NCBI GenBank assembly: GCA_947630455.1 | Contig: CANRHP010000004.1 | Span: 20,414 to 84,413, forward strand | Source of the DNA: an uncultured Clostridia bacterium | Lineage (GTDB): Bacteria > Bacillota > Clostridia > Christensenellales > CAG-314 | Direction of reading: 5' to 3' | DNA: 64,000 nt | Shown here: positions 1-9,246 of the stretch, piece by piece | Position numbering within the stretch: the stretch's first letter is position 1 | How the letters are laid out: each line of letters begins with the position of its first letter | The notes under the pieces: generated by a model | The model's database searches: none | The model's input: the letters and a program-made list of their open reading frames with translations, nothing else | Told to the model about the DNA's origin: nothing | Translations under genes and position numbers: made by a program

Positions 1-2082
1 CTTGCTTTTGACAATACACAAATTGTCGAAGCTGTATATACGCCGATTGAATATACGATTACCTTTGTATGCAACAACAATAAAGAAATTTCCGATTTAC
101 ACTACAATATAGAAAGTTCCATTTCGTTGCCCGATGCAGGCACAAAACCGTACAGTCAATTTTTAGGATGGTGTCGCGAGGAAAATTTGTCCGACACCCC
201 ATTCAAATCATTGCCGAAAGGCACTGTCGGCAACATGACTCTTTATGCAAAATGGAAAGGAGAAGACAAGCACGTTGTTCTGAATCCGAACAACGGCACC
301 GTAAGTAACACATCTATTACAATTGAGTACGGAACAACCTTTACAATAGAAGTCCCGCTTTTGGAAGGAAGTAATTTTGTTGGATGGTTTACGGAATCCG
401 GTACGCAATTGACGGACGCGCAGGGCAAAGGATTGGCGGCTTGGAATATAGGTGAAAACACGACCACCCTATTTGCCCATTGGTCTCATCTTTCATATAC
501 CGTACACTATGTTGTCAACGGGGGAAGCGATATTGCCGATCAACAATATGAATATGGACAGAAGCTCAAGTTCCCCGACAACCCCACGAAGGCAAATATG
601 GAATTTGCAGGGTGGTATTTGGACAATGGTTTTGCCGAACGTGCCGAAGAGGGTATATCGGTTACTTCAAACCTTACTCTGTATGCAAAATGGGATCAGG
701 TTGTGGCAATCCACAATGCTGAAGAATTGAAGCTCGTGAACAGCAACCCAAATCAAGATTACTATTTGGCTAATGACATAAATTTACTTGGAGAACAATG
801 GTCTCCGTTGGAAAATTTCTACGGCACTTTTGACGGACGCAATCACAGAATTTACAATTTTACTATGTCTGTTAGTTTAACAGCCTATGACGAGATAGGA
901 TTTTTTGCCGTAAATGAAGGTACGATAACTAATCTGACGTTGGAGGCTATGGTGTTTAATTACACTACGACGCAGGAATCGTACGCGGGAGGCTTGGTAG
1001 GCATAAACAGAGGCGATATAGAAAATTGTATAATAAGTGACAGCGATATTACCGTGCATGGCAACTTTCACGAATCCAACGCAATCATGAGGTTCGGAGG
1101 CTTATGCGGTCTTAACGAAGGCAAAGTAGTCAACAGCAAAATCTCGGATACGCGTTTGACAATGGTGCATGAATGTACTTCCGAAAAAAGAACTTCTTCG
1201 AACAGCTCGTGTAATGCCAAAGCTTATGTTGCGTCTGTCGTCGGAGAAAATTCCGGCGCAATAGAGCAGTGTTTCAGCGACGCTGTCATTTCCATCACAC
1301 AAAATTCTATCAATCAATATGATTCGAGGTTTTGGCTTTCTGACTTTTCTCCGATAAGTTGGGTATATGCGGGCGGTATAGTAGGTTATCAGAAAGAACA
1401 AGGGAGTATGCTGCAATGTGAATTCGCTTCTTCCTTGTCTGTTCGCACGGGTACCGTAAAAGCAATTGAGGGCAGCAAATATTTCGGCACGTACAATTTT
1501 GTCGGCGGCTTGGTAGGAGAGGCTTACGGAAGCATTTCCTTGTGCGTAGCGCGCGGGTCATTAACAGCTAATGCAAACGATCAAAGCTATGTCGGCGGCT
1601 TGGCGGGAAGCGTTTATGGAAACGTGAGCAACTGCTATTCCCAAACGGATATTGATATTGGCGAAGAGGGTAAATATCAAACATCGGATGGATTTGTCGG
1701 TATTAACTACGGAACAATAAGAAACTGCTATTCCGGTGGAAGAATTGTCAGAGTAAAAACAGCTGCCAACGCTTTTTGCGGTAGCAATCAAGGTTCGGGT
1801 TCGATAGTCGGATGTATTGCGCTTACAAAATTGGAGTGCAGCGGAAGCAATGTTTCTAAATTTGTTATGGAAAACCAAGGAACATTGACGAGAAGTTATC
1901 ACGCTGATAATATATACGGCGGTGGCGATTATGCGTCGGATTTCACTGAGGAAAGAGATGTAAGTAAATTGCAAAGTTACGATTTCCTTGTCAATGAACT
2001 GTATTGGGATGAAGCGCAATGGTCGTTGGATCCGACGGGTGCCGCTGTGCCCAAATTGGCTTGGGAAAAAACAACTGTTTAA
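1..2082 (+). CDS. Cell-surface protein, 5' end cut by the window edge; Listeria-Bacteroides (InlB B-type) repeats followed by multiple GLUG motifs
   Basis: Frame 1 is open from nt 1; the track ORF at 127 begins at an internal TTG. Repeats of the F.GW....TLYAKW type are followed by about 7 copies of GGLVG.N.G.I.NC (GLUG motif). Confidence 0.8.
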   Translation, partial: LAFDNTQIVEAVYTPIEYTITFVCNNNKEISDLHYNIESSISLPDAGTKPYSQFLGWCREENLSDTPFKSLPKGTVGNMTLYAKWKGEDKHVVLNPNNGTVSNTSITIEYGTTFTIEVPLLEGSNFVGWFTESGTQLTDAQGKGLAAWNIGENTTTLFAHWSHLSYTVHYVVNGGSDIADQQYEYGQKLKFPDNPTKANMEFAGWYLDNGFAERAEEGISVTSNLTLYAKWDQVVAIHNAEELKLVNSNPNQDYYLANDINLLGEQWSPLENFYGTFDGRNHRIYNFTMSVSLTAYDEIGFFAVNEGTITNLTLEAMVFNYTTTQESYAGGLVGINRGDIENCIISDSDITVHGNFHESNAIMRFGGLCGLNEGKVVNSKISDTRLTMVHECTSEKRTSSNSSCNAKAYVASVVGENSGAIEQCFSDAVISITQNSINQYDSRFWLSDFSPISWVYAGGIVGYQKEQGSMLQCEFASSLSVRTGTVKAIEGSKYFGTYNFVGGLVGEAYGSISLCVARGSLTANANDQSYVGGLAGSVYGNVSNCYSQTDIDIGEEGKYQTSDGFVGINYGTIRNCYSGGRIVRVKTAANAFCGSNQGSGSIVGCIALTKLECSGSNVSKFVMENQGTLTRSYHADNIYGGGDYASDFTEERDVSKLQSYDFLVNELYWDEAQWSLDPTGAAVPKLAWEKTTV

Positions 2083-2115
2083 TTCAATCGACGTAAGCTC
2101 GTTTTTCCTCCCGAC

Positions 2116-2144
2116 TTGACTTGTATCCGTCGTTGTGATACAAT
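2116..2144 (+). promoter_or_regulatory. Sigma-A type promoter (TTGACT-17 bp-TACAAT, TG-extended)
   Basis: TTGACT 2116-2121, 17-bp spacer ending in TGA, TACAAT 2139-2144; lies upstream of the 2165 CDS. Confidence 0.6.
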
Positions 2145-2164
2145 ATCATCAAAGGAGCAAGTGA

Positions 2165-2371
2165 ATGGAGCAAAGCAAGATCGACAGAATAAACGAGCTG
2201 GCGCGCAAATCCAAAACTCCCGCGGGGCTTACCACGGAGGAAAAGGAAGAGCAATTTCGTCTGCGCCGCGAGTACATCGCCGAGTGGCGGAAGGCAGCCG
2301 AAGCCACCCTCGACAGTGTCTACATCGTGGACGACAAGGGCAACGAGCGCAAGCTCAGTAAAAAAGATTGA
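2165..2371 (+). CDS. DUF896 / UPF0291 family small protein (YnzC-like)
   Basis: 68 aa. The pattern IDRINELARKSK...LT.EEK.EQ..LRREY resembles B. subtilis YnzC. AGGAG lies upstream of the ATG. Confidence 0.8.
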   Translation: MEQSKIDRINELARKSKTPAGLTTEEKEEQFRLRREYIAEWRKAAEATLDSVYIVDDKGNERKLSKKD

Positions 2372-2373
2372 AC

Positions 2374-2402
2374 AACGCCGCAGGCAACTGCGGCGTTATT
2401 TT
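2374..2402 (+). terminator. Rho-independent terminator
   Basis: AACGCCGCAG-GCAA-CTGCGGCGTT hairpin followed by a T-rich run. Confidence 0.75.
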
Positions 2403-2446
2403 GTAATAAAAACAGCATATATATAGCAAAATCTGCTCGACAAATA

Positions 2447-2475
2447 TTGACAACATATCTTAATAATGATAAAAT
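2447..2475 (+). promoter_or_regulatory. Sigma-A type promoter (TTGACA-17 bp-TAAAAT, TG-extended)
   Basis: TTGACA 2447-2452, TAAAAT 2470-2475, spacer of 17 bp. Confidence 0.65.
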
Positions 2476-2549
2476 GCAAATATACAACAACGCAGAATAC
2501 ATAAGCTTTGCAGTGTGTTCCGACCGCAGGTCGGGGCAAAGGATAAAAG

Positions 2550-4277
2550 ATGGATGAAAGTATATTGACCCCCGTCAAGTCCTATTTCGACGAGTATCAA
2601 GCCAAAAACAAGCAGCTGACGGAGCAATACTTCGACGAGCTGGTGAGGCAGTCCGGCGTATCCAAGGAGGAAAACGCCGCGCTCATGGAGGAGCGGGCAA
2701 AGGCGCTGGACAAATTGAAGGTTGCCGACGCCGGCTTGCGAAAGTACAAGGGACTCAAAATTTTTTTGATAACAATGACGGTGCTTTTGCTGTTAGCAGG
2801 CACGATAACCTGCATTGCAATGTGGAATGGACAGCAGCGCTGGATAGGAATACTTGTCGCTGCGCTGTGCGTCGCCGTTGCCGCGGCGTTGATAGCTATA
2901 GTGTGCGCTTTGCTTAACAAGCGTATCAAGGACGGCGGCAAGGTGGTGGACGAACACAAAAGGACCGTTGCGGATATCGAAAATGAAGCATGGCGGCAAA
3001 TGCAGCCCCTCAACTCCAAATACGATTGGAACATTCCAAACAAGCTTATTTACCAAACGGTGCCGCAAATTCAGCTGGACAAGTACTTTGATGAGGAAAA
3101 GCTTGCCTATTTTGATAAACGCTGCACACTGGGCGTTTACGGAGAGGACAGCTCGGCAGTGTGCGTAAAGAGCGGCAACAGCGACGGCAGACCATTTTTG
3201 TATACGCGTTTTTTGCGACAAAGCATGGTGCCTCACACCTACACCGGTACTCGCGTCGTCACCTGGACGGAGTGGGAAACGGACTCCCAAGGCAACAGGC
3301 GCAGCGTTACCCGCTCGGAAACCTTGTTTGCAACACTGGTTAAGCCTATGCCCGACTATCGTCATGTGACGTATTTGTTTTTCGGCTGCGACGCGGCGGC
3401 GGATCTGCATTTTCGCCGAGAGCCTACGGTGCCTGCTGACGCGGACGACAAGGATATTGACAAGTTGATCAAACGCGGAGAAAAGGCGTTGGAAAAGAAG
3501 TCTCGTCAGGCGGTAAACGACGGGAAAAGCTACAACAAGCTGGCAAACAGCGAGTTCGAGGTGTTGTTCGGCGCGGACAACCGCGACAATGAATTGCAGT
3601 TCCGTATGATGTTTACGCCGTTGGCACAGCAAAACATGGTGGAGCTTTTGACAAGCAAAAAGCCCTACGGAGACGACTTTTATTTCGACAAGTTGGGTGC
3701 CGTCAACGTGATACGTTCTCGGCACAGCGCGCAACTTGCGATAGACGCAAATCCCACAAGGTTCATAGATTTCGATCTTGCCCGCGCGCGGCAAAATTTT
3801 GTGGACTTCAACTGCGACTATTTCCGTTCGCTTTACTTCGACTTTGCGCCATTGTTTTCGGTGCCGCTGTACACGCAGGATACTCCCGCAAACAAATTCG
3901 GCGAGTGCACCAAGGCAGGCAATATAGGCGAGTGGGAAGCGGAAGCGGTTTCAAACTATTTCGACAACAAGCTGCTTGCACATCCGTCTACGGCGACGGA
4001 ATTGATACTTAAAGCCCAAACGGAAGTGGGCGAGCAGGGCACTGTGGCGCACATTACCGCTCACAGCTTTGAGGCGGTGCCGCAGGTAGATTTTGTTCCC
4101 GTTCATTGCAGAGACGGCAACACTTACGGGGTGCCGGTGCATTGGACGCTCTATATGCCGTTGGAACAAACAACGGATATACACATGCAGGCGTTGGACG
4201 TAACGCGTGAGCAATTCAACAGCGACAATGCGGACAATTCGATGTTTGTAGGCGGTATAAAGGCAAAAATATTGTAG
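2550..4277 (+). CDS. Hypothetical membrane protein: N-terminal coiled-coil, two TM helices, about 450-aa C-terminal domain of unknown family
   Basis: 575-aa ORF. Hydrophobic helices IFLITMTVLLLLAGTITCIAMW and WIGILVAALCVAVAAALIAIVCALL. I recognise no named motif. Confidence 0.7.
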   Translation: MDESILTPVKSYFDEYQAKNKQLTEQYFDELVRQSGVSKEENAALMEERAKALDKLKVADAGLRKYKGLKIFLITMTVLLLLAGTITCIAMWNGQQRWIGILVAALCVAVAAALIAIVCALLNKRIKDGGKVVDEHKRTVADIENEAWRQMQPLNSKYDWNIPNKLIYQTVPQIQLDKYFDEEKLAYFDKRCTLGVYGEDSSAVCVKSGNSDGRPFLYTRFLRQSMVPHTYTGTRVVTWTEWETDSQGNRRSVTRSETLFATLVKPMPDYRHVTYLFFGCDAAADLHFRREPTVPADADDKDIDKLIKRGEKALEKKSRQAVNDGKSYNKLANSEFEVLFGADNRDNELQFRMMFTPLAQQNMVELLTSKKPYGDDFYFDKLGAVNVIRSRHSAQLAIDANPTRFIDFDLARARQNFVDFNCDYFRSLYFDFAPLFSVPLYTQDTPANKFGECTKAGNIGEWEAEAVSNYFDNKLLAHPSTATELILKAQTEVGEQGTVAHITAHSFEAVPQVDFVPVHCRDGNTYGVPVHWTLYMPLEQTTDIHMQALDVTREQFNSDNADNSMFVGGIKAKIL

Positions 4278-4365
4278 CGAAACAAGCCTTAACAATCGTA
4301 CCAAAGGGCAAAACCGCACAAAACCGTATTTAGCATAAAAAAAATCAAAAAAGGAGATAAAAGCT

Positions 4366-5028
4366 ATGGCAAACGAACTTGATGAAATGACCGGCCCGAT
4401 AAATCCCGACGGCAAGGATGTCAACGTTATTCAAAAGCAGCTCCCCGTCAAGGTGGGCGTAGGCAGCATAATATTTGAGGTTATGCTTTGGATCTTGGGT
4501 ATCATTCCCGGCATTGTGTTTCTATTTATGAAGGTCAAAGCCAAAAATTATCTGCAACAGCTGCAGCAAAAGCTGCAGCATGACGCGTCGCAGATAGACA
4601 ACTATCTCGAGCAGCGTGTGGTAGTGTTGGAAAACACCGCAAAAATTTTGGAGCGCAGCATCGATCTCGACAAGTCCACCTTCACACAGATAGCGGCGCT
4701 GCGAAGCGGGCACATCGCCGATGAGGATCGTGCAAGCGTAGCAAGCACAATTGACAATCTTCATGCGCAGATCAATGTAGCATTGGAAAACTATCCCGAG
4801 CTCAAAGCGCATCAGGATATCCAACAGGCAATGAGTCAAAACGCCTATCTGCAAAAGGAAATTACCGCAGCGCGCGAGCTGTACAACGACACCGTAAATC
4901 AATGGAACCGCGACATTTACGCTTGGCCCACAAAGATGATCGTCGCCGCCCGCGCCGGATACACAACGCGTATCCCGTTTACCGCGTCGCAAGAAGTAAA
5001 GCAGCGCGCTCGTGAAGTATTTTTCTGA
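4366..5028 (+). CDS. lemA: LemA family membrane protein
   Basis: One N-terminal TM helix. LemA-like C-terminal half (NYPELKA...AR..YN..V..WN....WP). AGGAG RBS. Confidence 0.8.
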   Translation: MANELDEMTGPINPDGKDVNVIQKQLPVKVGVGSIIFEVMLWILGIIPGIVFLFMKVKAKNYLQQLQQKLQHDASQIDNYLEQRVVVLENTAKILERSIDLDKSTFTQIAALRSGHIADEDRASVASTIDNLHAQINVALENYPELKAHQDIQQAMSQNAYLQKEITAARELYNDTVNQWNRDIYAWPTKMIVAARAGYTTRIPFTASQEVKQRAREVFF

Positions 5029-5055
5029 GATATTTTTACTGGTTTTTGCAGTGGC

Positions 5056-5080
5056 AACCACCCGTTTTTCGGGTGGTTTT
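5056..5080 (+). terminator. Rho-independent terminator
   Basis: AACCACCCG-TTTTT-CGGGTGGTT hairpin followed by a T run. Confidence 0.7.
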
Positions 5081-5132
5081 GCTGTTGTCGGGCAGAGTAA
5101 CATATTGACGAAATTTTAGTTTGTAAATTTGC

Positions 5133-5161
5133 TTGCAAAGTGGTGCAATATTTGTTAAAAT
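5133..5161 (+). promoter_or_regulatory. Sigma-A type promoter of the ileS leader (TTGCAA-17 bp-TAAAAT)
   Basis: TTGCAA 5133-5138, TAAAAT 5156-5161. Confidence 0.6.
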
Positions 5162-5169
5162 ATAGTAAA

Positions 5170-5435
5170 TTTATATCAAATACGTCCGAGTGGGGACAAG
5201 ACTGCGGATGTCAAGCGGCACAGAGAGTGCGCTCATCGGCTGAAAGGCGCGTCCGATTGCTCCGAAAGCTATCACCCCGCAAGTAGATCTGCCGAAACAA
5301 TAGTAGGCAAATACGGCAAGCGCTCCGTTATCTTGGCGCACGGTATAATCTGCACATATACGCATTTGTGCAGCCGTACCTGTTGGAAATGGTTGCAAGC
5401 CAAACGGCGTGTTTTTCTGACGCGCCGCTTTTTTA
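5170..5435 (+). promoter_or_regulatory. T-box leader, probable Ile specifier (AUC)
   Basis: AGAGAG bulge motif near 5222. GAAAGCU-AUC-A specifier-loop-like context near 5266-5274. UGGU-containing T-box-like segment near 5389. Terminator CGGCGTG...CGCGCCG plus T6 at 5404-5435. Lies directly upstream of ileS. Not folded computationally. Confidence 0.6.
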
Positions 5436-5581
5436 TTGCAATTTCTCCGCTCGGGCAAGTGTTTGCTATGTAGAAAAGTTAACGGTACTGCAATATAAGC
5501 GTTTCTCCGCCCGTGCAGCACTATAACTACCTTAAACGCGATTAGCTGATTTTACCTAAATTATCCACAAGGAGAATATCT

Positions 5582-8500
5582 ATGTCCAAATACAACAAGG
5601 TCGACAGCTCTCTTAACTTCGTCGACAGAGAAAAACAAATTCTCAAATTTTGGAAAGACAACAAAATTTTCGAACAGACTGCCGCAAAGGGCGACAGCAG
5701 CTTTACTTTCTATGATGGTCCTCCGACAGCCAACGGTAAGCCGCATATAGGGCATGTTCTGACGCGATCCATAAAGGATCTCATCCCCCGCTATCGCGTG
5801 ATGAAGGGGTACAACGTGCTGCGCAAAGCGGGCTGGGATACTCACGGACTGCCCGTCGAGCTGGAGGTGGAAAAACAGCTGGGCATAAACGGAAAAAAAC
5901 AAATCGAAGAGTACGGCATCGAACCTTTTGTGGAAAAGTGCAAAGAGTCCGTTTGGAAGTATAAGGGAGAGTGGGAAGAACTGTCCGACCGCGTTGCGTA
6001 TTGGGCGGATATGGAACACCCCTACGTTACGTACGACAACAACTACATCGAGTCGGAGTGGTGGGCGCTCAAAAACATCTACGACAAGGGTCTGCTGTAC
6101 AAGGGCTTCAAGATAGTTCCATATTGCCCCCGTTGCGGCACGGCTTTGTCCTCGCACGAGGTGGCGCAAGGCTACAAGGACGTCAAGGAAAAGTCCGCAG
6201 TGGCGCGTTTCGAGCTGACGGAGCAGCCGGGCACCTATTTTCTCGCCTGGACGACCACGCCTTGGACGCTGCCCAGCAACGTCGCGCTGTGTATGAACGC
6301 CGATTTCGACTACGCAACGATCGAGCATGACGGCGCGCGCTACATTCTCGCCAAGGAGCTTGTTTCCAAGCATTTCGAGGAGGGCACGTACTCCGTCGTG
6401 GACGTCAAAAAGGGCAGTAGCTACGAGCGCGTACACTACAAGCCTTTGTACGGCTACGCCGATGTGTCCGATCGCGACTGCTACTACGTCACAAACGACG
6501 ACTACGTCACCCTTACCGACGGCACGGGCATAGTACACATCGCGCCCGCTTTCGGCGAGGACGACTCCAACGTGGGTCGCCGCTACGATCTGCCTTTTGT
6601 GCAGCTTGTGGGAGAGGACGGCAAGTTTATCGAGGGCTGCGGCGAGTTAACCGGCGTGTTCTGCAAGGACGCGGACAAGCTTATTTTGCGTGACCTCAAA
6701 AACCGCGGCTTGCTGCAAGCGGAGTTGATGTTCGAACACAGCTATCCTCATTGTTGGCGCTGCGACACGCCCTTGATTTACTATGCGCGTAAATCCTGGT
6801 TCATCAAGATGACGGCGGTCAAGGACGAACTGAAAAATATCAATTATTCCATCAATTGGATCCCGCCAACGATTGGGTCGGGACGTATGGGTAACTTTCT
6901 GGAAAATGTCATTGATTGGGGCATTTCCCGCGATCGCTATTGGGGTACGCCGCTGCCGGTGTGGATATGCAGCAAGTGCGGCAAGCTTCATGTGATAGGC
7001 AGCCGCAAAGAGCTTGCCGATAAGTGCGGCTGCAGCGAGGACATAGAGCTTCACCGTCCCTTCATCGACAAGTGCACCTGGAAGTGCGACTGCGGCGGTG
7101 AATTTGTGCGTACTCCCGAGGTGATAGATTGTTGGTTCGACAGCGGAAGTATGCCTTATGCGCAGTTCCATTATCCTTTTGAAAACAAAGAGCTGTTTGA
7201 GCGCAATTTCCCCGCAGATTTCATCAGCGAAGCGGTAGATCAAACGCGCGGTTGGTTTTACGTGTTGCTTGCCGTTTCTACGCTGCTGTTTCACAAAGCG
7301 CCCTTCAAAAACTGTATTGTGTTGGGTCTGGTGGGAGACGAACATGGAGTCAAGATGAGCAAGCACAAGGGCAACGTGGTCGATCCGTGGGACAGCTTCA
7401 ACAAGCAGGGCGCCGACGCGGTGCGTTGGTATTTTTACACTTCGTCCGCTCCTTGGCTGCCCAGCCGCTATTATGACGAGGCTGTAAGTGAAACGCAGCG
7501 CAAATTTCTCGGCACACTGTGGAACACCTACGCTTTCTATGTGTTGTATGCCGACATAGATAACTTTGACCCGTCCGAATATGATTTGCACAAGTGTAAG
7601 CTTACTCTTATGGATAAGTGGATTTTGTCCGAGGTCAATCAGCTGGTAAAAACAGTGGATGAGGGGCTTTCAAGGTATGAAATAACCGAATCCGCGCGTG
7701 CCATTGAGCGTTTTACGGATATGCTTTCCAACTGGTACGTGCGGCGCTGCCGCGAGAGGTATTGGGGCAGTGAATGGACTGCGGACAAGCAAGCGGCATA
7801 TATGACGCTCTACACAGTTTTGGATACTTTGGTAAAGGTAGCGGCGCCCTTTGTACCTTTCATTACGGAAAGTATCTATCAAAATATAACCGCCAACTGC
7901 TTTACCGACGCTCCGAAAAGCGTTCACATGTGCGATTTTCCGTCGGTTGATGAAAAATATATAAACAAGCACCTCAATAAAACTATGGAAAAAGTGTTGG
8001 ACCTCGTAGTGTTGGGACGCAGCGCCCGCAATGCAGCCAACGTCAAAAATCGTCAACCTCTTGCGCGTATGTACGTGGCTACAGACGGCAAATTGAATGA
8101 GGAGATGGCGGATATCATAAAAAATGAGCTCAATGTCAAGGAGCTTGTGACGGTTGATTCTGCCGAGGAATTTGCCGAGTACGAAATCAAACCTCAGTTG
8201 AAAACGCTGGGACCAAAATACGGCAAGTTGTTGGGCAAGATACGCGTTGCCCTTGCAAATTTGGGTGCCAAAGCGCGCGATGTTGTGGAACATGTCAAAA
8301 ACGGAGGAAAACATTTGTTTGATCTGGACGGCGATAAGGTGGAGGTCACCGAGGGCGATTTGCTCATTTCCTCCAAAAACAAAGAGGGCTATTCCGTCGT
8401 ATCCGACCGCGGAGATACCGTCGCATTGGACGTTACCTTAACGCCCGAGCTAATAGAGGAAGGCACTGTCAGAGAAATCGTCAGCAAGATACAAACCATG

Positions 8501-8713
8501 CGTAAAGAATGTGACTTCGTCGTAACCGATCACATAAACGTGGGCTACGAGGCGGACGAACATCTTGCCAAAGTGATTGCTGACAACGCGGCAGAAATAG
8601 CCGACGGCTGTCTTGCCGACAGCGTTTTGCCTGCAACAAGCGGATCCTTTGGCAAGCAATGGGATATCAACGGAGAGAAATTTACGCTGTATCTGACTAA
8701 ATCCGTAAAATGA
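5582..8713 (+). CDS. ileS: Isoleucine--tRNA ligase, long type-2 form
   Basis: 1043 aa. HIGH motif (PHIGH), KMSKS motif (KMSKH), class I editing-domain architecture. GGAG RBS. Confidence 0.95.
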   Translation: MSKYNKVDSSLNFVDREKQILKFWKDNKIFEQTAAKGDSSFTFYDGPPTANGKPHIGHVLTRSIKDLIPRYRVMKGYNVLRKAGWDTHGLPVELEVEKQLGINGKKQIEEYGIEPFVEKCKESVWKYKGEWEELSDRVAYWADMEHPYVTYDNNYIESEWWALKNIYDKGLLYKGFKIVPYCPRCGTALSSHEVAQGYKDVKEKSAVARFELTEQPGTYFLAWTTTPWTLPSNVALCMNADFDYATIEHDGARYILAKELVSKHFEEGTYSVVDVKKGSSYERVHYKPLYGYADVSDRDCYYVTNDDYVTLTDGTGIVHIAPAFGEDDSNVGRRYDLPFVQLVGEDGKFIEGCGELTGVFCKDADKLILRDLKNRGLLQAELMFEHSYPHCWRCDTPLIYYARKSWFIKMTAVKDELKNINYSINWIPPTIGSGRMGNFLENVIDWGISRDRYWGTPLPVWICSKCGKLHVIGSRKELADKCGCSEDIELHRPFIDKCTWKCDCGGEFVRTPEVIDCWFDSGSMPYAQFHYPFENKELFERNFPADFISEAVDQTRGWFYVLLAVSTLLFHKAPFKNCIVLGLVGDEHGVKMSKHKGNVVDPWDSFNKQGADAVRWYFYTSSAPWLPSRYYDEAVSETQRKFLGTLWNTYAFYVLYADIDNFDPSEYDLHKCKLTLMDKWILSEVNQLVKTVDEGLSRYEITESARAIERFTDMLSNWYVRRCRERYWGSEWTADKQAAYMTLYTVLDTLVKVAAPFVPFITESIYQNITANCFTDAPKSVHMCDFPSVDEKYINKHLNKTMEKVLDLVVLGRSARNAANVKNRQPLARMYVATDGKLNEEMADIIKNELNVKELVTVDSAEEFAEYEIKPQLKTLGPKYGKLLGKIRVALANLGAKARDVVEHVKNGGKHLFDLDGDKVEVTEGDLLISSKNKEGYSVVSDRGDTVALDVTLTPELIEEGTVREIVSKIQTMRKECDFVVTDHINVGYEADEHLAKVIADNAAEIADGCLADSVLPATSGSFGKQWDINGEKFTLYLTKSVK

Positions 8714-8730
8714 TGTAATTGCATAAAAAA

Positions 8731-8757
8731 GCGAACCGCATTGGTTCGCTTTTTTTT
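8731..8757. terminator. Bidirectional rho-independent terminator between convergent genes
   Basis: GCGAACC-GCAT-TGGTTCGC hairpin flanked by an A6 run upstream and a T8 run downstream. Confidence 0.8.
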
Positions 8758-8770
8758 GATGAAGTTGCTG

Positions 8771-9145
8771 TTACAAGAGAGCCGTGGGGCTTATCAGCTC
8801 AAGAACTCCTGCTGCATAAAATATAATATTGAAGATCCAATTTACTACCGAGATAACGATACCCGCGATGGCGAGTCCCTGTCCCCTTTCAAAATTTGTT
8901 TTTGCTTTTTTCAATCCGATAATGGAGCAGATTAAGCCGACTATGGGTATGAAAAAGGAAAAGACAAAACCGACTATGCAAAGCGCATTGAATTTGGGTT
9001 GGTAAGTATAGTTGGTGTTTTCAGCATGTTCTGTTTCTACATTGTCTGTCGAATTGCCGCATATCGGACAAATCTGCGCATCATTATCAATTTCCGCACC
9101 GCATTTACTACAGTATTTGATTATTTGACCTCCATCCGATTTCAA
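8771..9145 (-). CDS. Zinc-ribbon plus DUF4190-like small membrane protein
   Basis: CSKCG...CPICG zinc ribbon at the N-terminus, then two hydrophobic helices. Confidence 0.7.
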   Translation of the reverse strand: MKSDGGQIIKYCSKCGAEIDNDAQICPICGNSTDNVETEHAENTNYTYQPKFNALCIVGFVFSFFIPIVGLICSIIGLKKAKTNFERGQGLAIAGIVISVVNWIFNIIFYAAGVLELISPTALL

Positions 9146-9211
9146 TTAAAGCTTGAAATACCTACTTATTTTAGCATAGAATTTATGTGCGGTCAATATT
9201 CCGAAAAACAG

Positions 9212-9240
9212 TTGAATAAAACTTTTTTTTTGTATATAAT
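9212..9240 (+). promoter_or_regulatory. Sigma-A type promoter (TTGAAT-17 bp-TATAAT) with a T9 run in the spacer
   Basis: TTGAAT 9212-9217, TATAAT 9235-9240. The ATG at 9247 is only 6 nt past the -10 box and has no SD. Confidence 0.6.
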
Positions 9241-9246
9241 TGAGCT

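Noticed and set aside
2793-3794. 333-aa minus-strand ORF opposite the 575-aa membrane protein gene
   Set aside because: The plus-strand ORF has a promoter, an RBS and TM helices. The antisense product is Arg/His-rich with no start context.
5561-7591. Long minus-strand ORFs (5561-6538, 6647-7591, and 7670-8314 nearby) opposite ileS
   Set aside because: They lie entirely antisense to a confidently identified conserved gene. They have no SD, and their Arg/Val/Ala-rich low-complexity composition is typical of antisense frames.
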